The notes below the pieces were generated by a model, which was not told the DNA's origin, did not search any database, and was given only the letters and a program-made list of their open reading frames with translations. The position numbers were made by a program, and so were the translations under genes. From NCBI GenBank assembly GCA_000025185.1, contig CP001848.1:6090001-6122000 (forward strand): a stretch of 32,000 bases of DNA. The letters are read 5' to 3'. This DNA is from Pirellula staleyi DSM 6068 (GTDB lineage Bacteria > Planctomycetota > Planctomycetia > Pirellulales > Pirellulaceae). Below, in pieces: positions 17,825-25,486 of this stretch (its first letter is position 1; every line of letters starts with the position of its first letter).

Positions 17825-17847
17825 TGAAACAGGCTAATTAACTGCTT

Positions 17848-17888
17848 GGTTAAGTACCTACGCCACTACTTAACCAGCGGGTTAAGTA
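17848..17888. repeat. Three copies of a 9-mer (GGTTAAGTA / TACTTAACC / GGTTAAGTA) in a 77-bp convergent intergenic region
   Basis: Copies lie at 17848-17856 (forward), 17867-17875 (reverse complement) and 17880-17888 (forward). The middle copy can pair with either flank. Confidence 0.5.
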
Positions 17889-17901
17889 GCCTGCAAGCGA
17901 T

Positions 17902-18501
17902 CTATCCGCGCGGATATTGGCGGCAGTATTCGTAGAGTGCCATGGCTGTGGCGTTCGCGACGTTATAGCTGTGTGGCAGCCCCCAGACGGGAATCTCCAG
18001 GCAAACATTCATCAGCGAGAGTTCTTCGTCCGACAGCCCGTGGCGTTCATTCCCAATCACGAGCGCGACTTTGCGTGGGAACTGGTACTCGTGCATGTTC
18101 ACGCTGTCAGTCGTTTGCTCAAGCGCTGCTAGAAACCACCCCTCTTTGCGTAACTCTTTCAGCACTGGCAGCAGCGTGCGATGCACCTCGATTTCGAGTT
18201 CATCAGCGCCATCGCGAGCCACGGTTTTGTCGAGCTTCCCTTGTCCGCAGGCAACGATTTTGGTGAGTCCGCAGCAACTCGCAGTGCGCGCGATGTTCGA
18301 TAAGTTCACCTGACTTCGGAGCGGCGCAACCACGAGCAAGAGTTCGCGCGGACGCTCGAGTTGTGTTGGTGGCCGATGTCGCACATGCTCGAAAGCTGCG
18401 TCACCTGCCGCTGCCTCGCGACTGTCACTATCCATACAAGAATCAGCGTTATTTCTCGGGAATGAGGTTGTTTTACTAAGCAGCAGTGCAGCCTCCGCCA
18501 C
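17902..18501 (-). CDS. SpoU/TrmH-family RNA 2'-O-methyltransferase
   Basis: VALVIGNERHGLSDEEL ... LEIPVWGLPHSYNVANATAMALYE (SPOUT knot motifs). The tracked start is GTG 18501, 1 nt after the upstream gene's stop. An alternative ATG lies at 18435. Confidence 0.85.
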   Translation of the reverse strand: MAEAALLLSKTTSFPRNNADSCMDSDSREAAAGDAAFEHVRHRPPTQLERPRELLLVVAPLRSQVNLSNIARTASCCGLTKIVACGQGKLDKTVARDGADELEIEVHRTLLPVLKELRKEGWFLAALEQTTDSVNMHEYQFPRKVALVIGNERHGLSDEELSLMNVCLEIPVWGLPHSYNVANATAMALYEYCRQYPRG

Positions 18502-18502
18502 T

Positions 18503-19471
18503 TTAAAAGTTGGGAGTGGGTGGACGATAGTGCGAGATGTTCACACTCCTGAACCATTCGATCGTGCGACGCAAACCTTCTTTGAGAGGAACCATCGGCT
18601 GCCAATCGAGGTTCGTCTTTGCCAGCGTAATGTCGGGGCGACGACGAACAGGATCATCGGCCGGAAGTGGCAGCGACACAATCTTCGACTTACTTCCGGT
18701 AAGTTCGAGAACGAGTTCCGCGAGCTCTCTCACGGTGAACTCATCGGGATTGCCGAGGTTGCATGGTCCCGTAAACGAATCACTGGCATGCATCATGCGA
18801 ATCAACCCTTCCACGAGATCATCGCGGAAACAGAACGAACGGGTTTGATCGCCGTTTCCAAAGATGGTGAGATCTTCACCAGTAAGTGCCTGGCGAATGA
18901 AGTTCGACACCACGCGACCATCGAACGGATGCATCCGTGGGCCATAGGTGTTGAAGATGCGTACGATGCGGATGTTGATACCGTTGCTGCGATGGTAGTC
19001 CATCATCAGCGTTTCAGCAGCCCGCTTTCCTTCGTCGTAGCAAGCACGAATGCCGATCGGATTAACGTTGCCGCGATACGATTCAACTTGTGGGTGGACT
19101 TCAGGATCGCCGTAGACTTCGCTGGTCGAGGCTTGCAGCACCTTGGCTTTACAGCGGCGAGCCATCCCCAGCATGTTGATCATGCCGAGCACCGACGTCT
19201 TCATCGTCTTGATTGGGTTGAACTGATAGTGTCCAGGAGCCGCTGGACAGGCCAGGTTATAGATTTCGTCCACCTCGAGCCAAATGGGAGAGGTGATATC
19301 GTGGCGAATCAGGTCGAAGTTGGGTCGCCCCAGAAGATGGGCAACATTGGTCTTTTGGCTCGTAAAAAAGTTATCGAGACAAACCACGTCGTGACCGAGA
19401 TCGACCAGGCGTTCGCAAAGATGGGAGCCGAGAAAACCGGCACCACCGGTCACGAGAATTCGTTTGATCAT
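18503..19471 (-). CDS. UDP-glucuronate decarboxylase (UDP-xylose synthase), SDR family
   Basis: [29 protein letters not shown] (YxxxK) and [10 protein letters not shown], a pattern typical of UXS enzymes. Confidence 0.92.
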   Translation of the reverse strand: MIKRILVTGGAGFLGSHLCERLVDLGHDVVCLDNFFTSQKTNVAHLLGRPNFDLIRHDITSPIWLEVDEIYNLACPAAPGHYQFNPIKTMKTSVLGMINMLGMARRCKAKVLQASTSEVYGDPEVHPQVESYRGNVNPIGIRACYDEGKRAAETLMMDYHRSNGINIRIVRIFNTYGPRMHPFDGRVVSNFIRQALTGEDLTIFGNGDQTRSFCFRDDLVEGLIRMMHASDSFTGPCNLGNPDEFTVRELAELVLELTGSKSKIVSLPLPADDPVRRRPDITLAKTNLDWQPMVPLKEGLRRTIEWFRSVNISHYRPPTPNF

Positions 19472-19671
19472 GGGAGTTCAAGCAGAGCATCTAAATCGCG
19501 AAAGGGAAATCGAGAACTGCGGTTCAAGCGGTAGCCGCTGACCGAGGCTTTAGTATACGCTACCGAGGTCGCTGTTGACGAACCGTCGCTGGCTCGACAG
19601 GCCTCCTGGGGGGCCATTTTCATCCAAAATCTGCCGGAATTTCCACGAATTCAACGAGTGCGAGGGGTTCG

Positions 19672-20901
19672 ATGCCCGTGCGAATCGCTGCCCGCTATCT
19701 GCTGCCGATCGATGCACCACCGATCGAGCGAGGTGTCATCGAAATCGATGATGCCGGAGCCATTCTTGCGGTTCGCCCGCACGCTGTGGGGGAGGAAGTG
19801 ACCGACCTTGGTGAGGTGGCGATTTTGCCGGCGATGATCAACGCTCATACGCACCTCGAATTCAGTTTGCTGGAGGCGCCACTCGGACAGCCGCGCATGG
19901 TGTTTGGAAACTGGATTGCCGAAGTGGTGGCGCATCGGCGCGCGCGAGGAGCTTCGGGGGTCGACCTTGCTGCAGAAAAAGAATCGGCCCTGGAAGTGGG
20001 GCTTCGTGATAGTGCTGCCTACGGCGTCGCTGCCGTGGGGGAGATTGCCACGCACCCTTTTCCATTCGCTCCGTTTGCCAGTCGTGCTACTGAATCACCT
20101 CGAGTCGACGCACATCTGTTCCTCGAACTCTTGGGGCTCAGTGCCGACCGTGTTGCGCCACTGCTGGAACTCGCTGAAGCGCATCTTCAGCAAGGCGCTG
20201 GTCAAGCTTTACGGGGCCTGAGTCCACACGCACCTTATACGGTGCACCCCGATTTGCTCACCGGAGCGATTGGTCTCTCGAAAAAATATGAAGCAACACT
20301 GGCGATGCATCTGGCCGAATCGTGGGATGAGCTCGAACTCCTCACGTCGCATAGCGGCCCCATGGTCGACACGCTGCGATCGCTGGGAGCGTGGAATCCA
20401 TCGGCGATTCCACGCGGTGTGACTTTTCAGAGCTATCTCGAACAACTAGCACAGGCGCATCGCGCGCTCGTAATCCACGGGAATCTGCTCACCACGAGCG
20501 ACTACGCAATCCTCGCGCAGCACAAGCAGATGTGGGTAGTCTATTGCCCACGAACGCAGAGCTATTTTCCGCATGGCAACTATCCGCTGGCCGAGATGCT
20601 CTCCAGCGGGGTGCAAGTGACAGTCGGGACCGATTCGCGTGCGAGCACGCCTAGTCTCTCCGTCTGGGAAGAACTGCAGCACATCGCCGCGATGCACGAA
20701 AATGTTCCAGCCTCGACCATCCTCCGTTTGGGAACCATCGAGGCCGCGCGAGCGCTGGGCCTAGACTCCAAGCTCGGCTCGATCACTTCGGGCAAGCTGG
20801 CGAAATTCGTGGCGGTGCCCATCAGCGAAACACCGCACGATCACGAAGACCTGTATGAACTCGCGCTGCAGCAGCAACCAACTATAGTCGGCAGTTGGTG
20901 A
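19672..20901 (+). CDS. Amidohydrolase-superfamily deaminase/chlorohydrolase-like protein (possible aminofutalosine-type deaminase)
   Basis: Metal ligand motifs INAHTHLEFS, SPHAPYT, HLAES, HGN and GTDS. The specific substrate is not determinable here. Confidence 0.85.
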   Translation: MPVRIAARYLLPIDAPPIERGVIEIDDAGAILAVRPHAVGEEVTDLGEVAILPAMINAHTHLEFSLLEAPLGQPRMVFGNWIAEVVAHRRARGASGVDLAAEKESALEVGLRDSAAYGVAAVGEIATHPFPFAPFASRATESPRVDAHLFLELLGLSADRVAPLLELAEAHLQQGAGQALRGLSPHAPYTVHPDLLTGAIGLSKKYEATLAMHLAESWDELELLTSHSGPMVDTLRSLGAWNPSAIPRGVTFQSYLEQLAQAHRALVIHGNLLTTSDYAILAQHKQMWVVYCPRTQSYFPHGNYPLAEMLSSGVQVTVGTDSRASTPSLSVWEELQHIAAMHENVPASTILRLGTIEAARALGLDSKLGSITSGKLAKFVAVPISETPHDHEDLYELALQQQPTIVGSW

Positions 20902-21733
20902 TTTGCATTTCCATGATCGCCGTGGCACCGATGGCATCGAGGCGCTCCATCACACCGATCACTTCCCCTTGCTTCACCATCACACGCACGGAGCACCAAT
21001 CCTGGTCTTCGAGCGAGTTGATGGTTGGGCTATTGAAGCCGGGAGTAATTTTTTCTGCTTCCGCGAGCTTATCGCGTTTGATGTTGTACTCGAGGAGCGA
21101 GTACGCGCGAGCAATCACGACCCCTTCGAGACGCCGCACGACCCGATCGGCCAGTTCGGTGTTTTGGCAGTTTTTCCCTTGGATCAGCATCGTTTCATAG
21201 CGGCCGATATCGTCGAGAATGCGAAGCCGATTCGCGGCGAGTGTGCTGCCGGTTTCGACTAAATCGACGATCGCATCAGCAACACCCAGCGTCACCATGA
21301 TCTCGACGCTGCCGCCGAGCGTGACCAAATGAACGTCGGCATTGTGCTGCTTGAGATAATTTTTGGTGATGTTGGGGAAGCTTGTAGCGACCCGTTTTCC
21401 GGCGAGCTGCGAGGCGCTCGTGATGCCGGAATCATCGGGAACGCAGAGCGCGAGTTTGCACTTGCCCACGCCGAGTGCGAGTCGCGTGACGACATCGACC
21501 CCCGATTCTCCGATGAGATCGCTACCGGTGATCCCCATGTCGATGGCACCTTCGGCGCACAGCACGGGAATATCGTCGGTCCGCAGGAAAGTGATGTCGA
21601 TCGGCATTTCGCCAACGCGCGCAAAGAGGCTCCGCTCTTGGCGACGAAACGCCAGTCCCGCTTGTTTCAGGAGTTCGCCTGCCAGTTCCGAAAGACGACC
21701 TTTGCTCGGAACTCCGATTCGAAGATTCGACAT
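20882..21733 (-). CDS. hisG: ATP phosphoribosyltransferase, long form
   Basis: MSNLRIGVPSKGRL start, ITGSDL motif and a C-terminal regulatory HisG_C-like domain. 283 aa. Confidence 0.95.
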   Translation of the reverse strand: MSNLRIGVPSKGRLSELAGELLKQAGLAFRRQERSLFARVGEMPIDITFLRTDDIPVLCAEGAIDMGITGSDLIGESGVDVVTRLALGVGKCKLALCVPDDSGITSASQLAGKRVATSFPNITKNYLKQHNADVHLVTLGGSVEIMVTLGVADAIVDLVETGSTLAANRLRILDDIGRYETMLIQGKNCQNTELADRVVRRLEGVVIARAYSLLEYNIKRDKLAEAEKITPGFNSPTINSLEDQDWCSVRVMVKQGEVIGVMERLDAIGATAIMEMQITNCRL

Positions 21734-21892
21734 TACTCTTCCCGCCTCATGCCAACGGCCGCTAGGGTGTGCCGCAGGCGATTGGATAAAGACTGATGAT
21801 GACGGCCGGTGACCATCGGGTCACTCGCACGTCGACTATGCCTGCTCGGCCGGTGGAACCGGCCTTACTTGATAAGGTGCTAATGATGCTGC

Positions 21893-21941
21893 AACTAAAC
21901 AAACTCGCCTCGACACTGGCAATGAAGAGTGCCGAGGCGAG
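21893..21941 (-). terminator. Terminator-like hairpin downstream of hisE / upstream of hisG
   Basis: 9-bp stem CTCGCCTCG (21904-21912) / CGAGGCGAG (21933-21941), plus 4 inner bp. On the minus strand it is followed by TTTGTTTAGTT (21903-21893). It lies 58 nt after the hisE stop. Confidence 0.5.
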
Positions 21942-21998
21942 GGTTGGTCGCTTTGTTCGCGGCCAATTCGACCGCTCTATTCTACTTGGAACACGCAC

Positions 21999-22358
21999 TT
22001 ATTTCTTGGGGCGTGAGTTCTTTTCGTTGATCCCTGACATGCCGAAGCGACGGGCAATTTCTTGCTCCACTTCGCTGATCGGGATGTCGTGATAACCGAG
22101 CATCACCATCAGGTGATAGATGAGGTCGGCTGATTCGTAGATCAGATGAGCGCGGCCGGTATCGCCAGGTTCGGCGGCGGCTTCAACCACTTCGTGAGCT
22201 TCCTCGAGAATCTTGCTGCCGATCTTCGTGAGTCCACCTTGGAAGAGCGACGCGGTGTAGCTCTTTTCTGACGGATTGCGTTTGCGATCCTGGATGACCG
22301 ACATGAGCTGCGCAAGCACAGTGTCAGCAGCGGTGGAGGCAGCGTTTTCTGGTGTCAT
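21999..22358 (-). CDS. hisE: Phosphoribosyl-ATP pyrophosphatase (stand-alone)
   Basis: SYTASLFQGGLTKIGSKILEEAHEVVEAA ... ESADLIYHLMVML, the MazG-like HisE pattern. Confidence 0.9.
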   Translation of the reverse strand: MTPENAASTAADTVLAQLMSVIQDRKRNPSEKSYTASLFQGGLTKIGSKILEEAHEVVEAAAEPGDTGRAHLIYESADLIYHLMVMLGYHDIPISEVEQEIARRFGMSGINEKNSRPKK

Positions 22359-22689
22359 AGTGGGCCTTTCGAGGGGAACGGTTCCGCCGACCCCGCCCTG
22401 GTCGGTAACAATGTAGGGGCGGCAAGGCGGCTCACTCGCAGCAAAACAACCGTCGCGGTTATCCAGGGGCGCCTTAATTAGGTAGCCCAGGACCTGGGAG
22501 ACGCGACGCTGTCAGCTCGCCCGTTCTGCGGTTAGCCAATCGCCAGAGTTTATTTTGGCAACTCCCTTGCCGCAAGTCGCTGTCGCACTTGATGTTTCGA
22601 AACTCAGCGGCGCTGGGCGATGAATTCGGCAAGAATTTTCAGTGAAAACAGGCTTTCGCCCCATCATCAAGGTGGCGCAAACAGGGAGG

Positions 22690-25305
22690 CTATCGCAGCT
22701 GCGATGCGCCGTCGCGCGGGGGAGTGGCCAAATTGCCAGCAGTGTCCCAAGTGGTCCAAGAACCGACGGGGCGGCCATTTTCGAAAGTTACCTCGGCTGC
22801 CAAGGGGCCTGTGGGGTGCCACTCGCGGACGATTCCATGGAGTTTTCCGGCGGCATAGGTGAGCTCAGCCTCGCGCGACCCGTCGGGACGATACTTGGTT
22901 TGCTTCCCATCGAGCTCGTCGTGGAGATACTCGGCCACCAAGGTTAGCCCTCCCGACTCACTCCAACGCCGCACACGCGATCGTCCATCCCCGAGGTTGA
23001 GGCGGGTGATTTTTTTCTCGCCCCCGGGATAGCGGGCAACAACCTGCTCGGTCGCTGTGCCGGGTGCGATGACTGGCGAAGAATCGGCGGTGGCCGGAGC
23101 CCGGAAGTCAGTCGCTTCCGCCAGCGGCGCAATCCACTCGTTATGCCCCAAGCTTGTCAGTCGCACAGAGGCCAAATCAACGTCGGGAAGGACCATTGGC
23201 TGTAGTGGCCTGCGGTTATGCGACACCATTGAATCGACGAAAACTCGAGGGCGCACACCTTGCTCGCGCTGCCACTCTCTGGCGACATGCTGCACATAGA
23301 CATGAATCATCCCCGGATTGGCCGCCATGCGCCGAATCTGGCTGTCGGTGAGCTCGTGATGGTGGTTCCAGTTGACGAAGATCCCGCGCGCATCTTCGCA
23401 GAGAATGATGCGCGGCAAGTCGCGCCACGAAGCTGTTCGTTGCCGCGATTGATCGAACAAAACGGGGGTTGGCTCCCCCACTTTTGTCAGTCGAACGGTC
23501 CCACTCCACACATCGGCGGGGACAAGTTCGGGATCGTCGAGCACCACAAAAGGGTCGGCTGTTTGATTCCCTTGAATAGCAAACGGATGAGTAGCGGCGA
23601 GTTGATAGCGAATGCGATCGCCGCCACGTCCAGCTATCAAAGCCCGGCAAGTTTCGATCAGTTCGACAAGCTGCAGCGTCGTTGGGTTTTGCAAGGCAGC
23701 GTTTTTTCGCGCGAGAGCCAGCCGCTCGAGTTGCAGCGACCATGCCTGGGAAGCTTCAGCTTCAGCAGCGGCTGTCACTTCAACTTCGGCACGCTCCAAG
23801 GCTTCGGCCAGTGACTGCGTTCGGCGAGCTTGCACATCGCGTCCGGTCGCTTGCTTCCAGCGCTCTGTCAGCTGCCTGGTCGCCGTCGCGTCGTCCGTCG
23901 AAAGTGGGTTACCAATCGCGCGAATACCGAGATAGGGTTCGTAAATCAGCACGAGCCCGGGGAGCTTACTCCACGGCATCGCATTGGCATCGGAGGAAAC
24001 AAACACGACGCTGGGGCGCTCCCCGGACCACTTGCTCCAGTCGATCGACGAACTTCCATCGACTTCTGTTTGGGACAGCGAGCGTGGCGACACACGAAAC
24101 TGCACGTGAAATGTCCCCTGTGTTCGCTGCATCATCCGCCAACTGAAGCGATAACCTTCTTCGGTGAAATCGGGGTCTCCCTCGATCACTAGGTGACGCA
24201 GCGGAACGACGACGCCAAGCAGCAGCACCAGCGCTATCGCAGCCGCTGCCCAGCGGCTGACCGGTTGCGGCTTCACGCTGGGAGAAGAAGCGGCCGACGA
24301 TTGCCAGCCGAGCAAGGCGCCGATTCCTGGAATGGCGAATATTCCGACGAAAAACAACTTCCAGTCAGGGGCCGGACAAGATCGCGTCTGGATGCGATCC
24401 CACAAACGCCGGGGCCAGTCGGGTTCGCAGAACAACAGCGTGGTGCCTGCTGCGAGGTAGGGCAAAGCCGCCAGCGAAAACATCAGCTCGTTCATGCCGT
24501 GAAAGGCAAACACCAAGCCAATGGCGAGAGGTCGCGTGCGACGCAGGATCAGCATCGGGCCGATCGCCATATCGAAAAACAGCCCCGCCCAGGCCAACAG
24601 GTAAGCCAGTTGTGCGCCATCGATTGGAAGGGCAATCCCGCACCGCGACAGGTTGTCGATCAGGCCGTAACAGCCTCCCTGAATCGGAATGCCGGTGAGC
24701 CAATCGACATCGAATTTCGCGATGCTGGCGAAGAAGTACATGAAGAACAGTTGTGCTCGCAGGAGCAAAATGGACCAAAACGGAACCGCTTCTGCAGCAA
24801 CGAGCGGCTCGATTTTGCCTCCCTGTCGGCGGCGAAGCCATTGGTCGAGCGACCAACAATTGGCAGCTGGCGCGAAGATCAAAATGGCGGTGAAAAGCGA
24901 AATCAAATAGTAGTGATTTTGGTAGAACGCTTGATCGGAGAAGAAGAAATAGTTCCAAGTGAGAAACAGCACGATGGCACTCGCGCGATACCAGTAGCCC
25001 ACGATCATGCCGACCGCTGCGACACCGAGCGCCAGGAACACCAACTGCATGCCGACCACGGAAAGTGGCGTGATCCACTCCAGCCCCGGGTAAGGAAAGT
25101 GGAATAAGTGGGGGGCATACATCGCTTGTAGCCGGCCACCATTCGGCGCAGGCCCAAGAAAGCGGTACGACTGCCAGAGCATCACTGCTCCGAAGATCAT
25201 CCGAAAGATCGCCAAGGATGATCCATCGACAGGAGCGGCGAGCAGATCGCTCCACCGTTTTGCCAAAGAGATTTTCGCAGCCGATGATTGCTTAGGTGCC
25301 AGCAT
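22690..25305 (-). CDS. Vitamin K-dependent gamma-carboxylase homologue (HTTM domain + lumenal-like domain) with coiled-coil insertion and C-terminal MORN-variant (YwqK-like) repeats
   Basis: ATG at 25305. Colinear by eye with human GGCX motifs: DGSSLAIFRMIFG, FYQNHYYL, VPFW...YFFASIAKFDVDW, FHGMNELMFS, LLFCEPDWPRRL, GYRFSWRMM and VFVDSMVSHNRRPLQPMVLPDVD. The C-terminal repeats follow a G-x-x-x-G/W pattern (YAAGKLHGIVREWHPTG, FENGRPVGSWTTWDTAGN). Confidence 0.88.
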   Translation of the reverse strand: MLAPKQSSAAKISLAKRWSDLLAAPVDGSSLAIFRMIFGAVMLWQSYRFLGPAPNGGRLQAMYAPHLFHFPYPGLEWITPLSVVGMQLVFLALGVAAVGMIVGYWYRASAIVLFLTWNYFFFSDQAFYQNHYYLISLFTAILIFAPAANCWSLDQWLRRRQGGKIEPLVAAEAVPFWSILLLRAQLFFMYFFASIAKFDVDWLTGIPIQGGCYGLIDNLSRCGIALPIDGAQLAYLLAWAGLFFDMAIGPMLILRRTRPLAIGLVFAFHGMNELMFSLAALPYLAAGTTLLFCEPDWPRRLWDRIQTRSCPAPDWKLFFVGIFAIPGIGALLGWQSSAASSPSVKPQPVSRWAAAAIALVLLLGVVVPLRHLVIEGDPDFTEEGYRFSWRMMQRTQGTFHVQFRVSPRSLSQTEVDGSSSIDWSKWSGERPSVVFVSSDANAMPWSKLPGLVLIYEPYLGIRAIGNPLSTDDATATRQLTERWKQATGRDVQARRTQSLAEALERAEVEVTAAAEAEASQAWSLQLERLALARKNAALQNPTTLQLVELIETCRALIAGRGGDRIRYQLAATHPFAIQGNQTADPFVVLDDPELVPADVWSGTVRLTKVGEPTPVLFDQSRQRTASWRDLPRIILCEDARGIFVNWNHHHELTDSQIRRMAANPGMIHVYVQHVAREWQREQGVRPRVFVDSMVSHNRRPLQPMVLPDVDLASVRLTSLGHNEWIAPLAEATDFRAPATADSSPVIAPGTATEQVVARYPGGEKKITRLNLGDGRSRVRRWSESGGLTLVAEYLHDELDGKQTKYRPDGSREAELTYAAGKLHGIVREWHPTGPLAAEVTFENGRPVGSWTTWDTAGNLATPPRDGASQLR

Positions 25306-25361
25306 AGACTTGCTATCAATGCATGAAAGGAAAATCCGCGAGCCAATCCACCATGTGGGGT

Positions 25362-25413
25362 GTATCGGTCGTATCGGTTCTTCCGTCGGCTGACGATATC
25401 AAATATCGCCAGC
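25362..25413. promoter_or_regulatory. Tandem 8-mer plus 25-bp palindrome upstream of the VKGC-like gene
   Basis: GTATCGGT occurs twice (25362-25369 and 25371-25378). GCTGACGATAT-CAA-ATATCGCCAGC (25389-25413) has one mismatch. The elements lie 57-108 nt upstream of ATG 25305. Confidence 0.35.
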
Positions 25414-25455
25414 TAGCGGCATTGCTTAGCAAACAGAGATCGCACTCCGACATCG

Positions 25456-25477
25456 CACGGGGAATGAGCGCCCCGTG
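25456..25477 (-). terminator. GC hairpin just after the porin-like gene stop
   Basis: CACGGGG (25456-25462) / CCCCGTG (25471-25477): 7-bp stem, 8-nt loop, 10 nt downstream of the stop at 25487. No U-tract. Confidence 0.35.
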
Positions 25478-25486
25478 ACTGCGGCG

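Noticed and set aside
18530-19534. 334-aa ORF on the plus strand
   Set aside because: It is antisense to the UDP-glucuronate decarboxylase gene. It is a shadow ORF.
19664-19677. GGGGTTCGATGCCC, a T-arm-like tRNA motif
   Set aside because: No acceptor, D or anticodon arms can be built around it, and it overlaps the amidohydrolase start codon. No tRNA is present in this window.
21762-21998. 78-aa minus-strand ORF filling the hisE-hisG spacer
   Set aside because: It is composed largely of the hairpin sequences and has no family resemblance. The spacer is better explained as structured non-coding DNA.
24193-25255. ORFs 24193-25107 (+, 304 aa) and 24365-25255 (-, 296 aa)
   Set aside because: They overlap the HTTM region of the VKGC-like gene in other frames. 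The sequences are Arg-rich nonsense, whereas the called frame carries conserved motifs.
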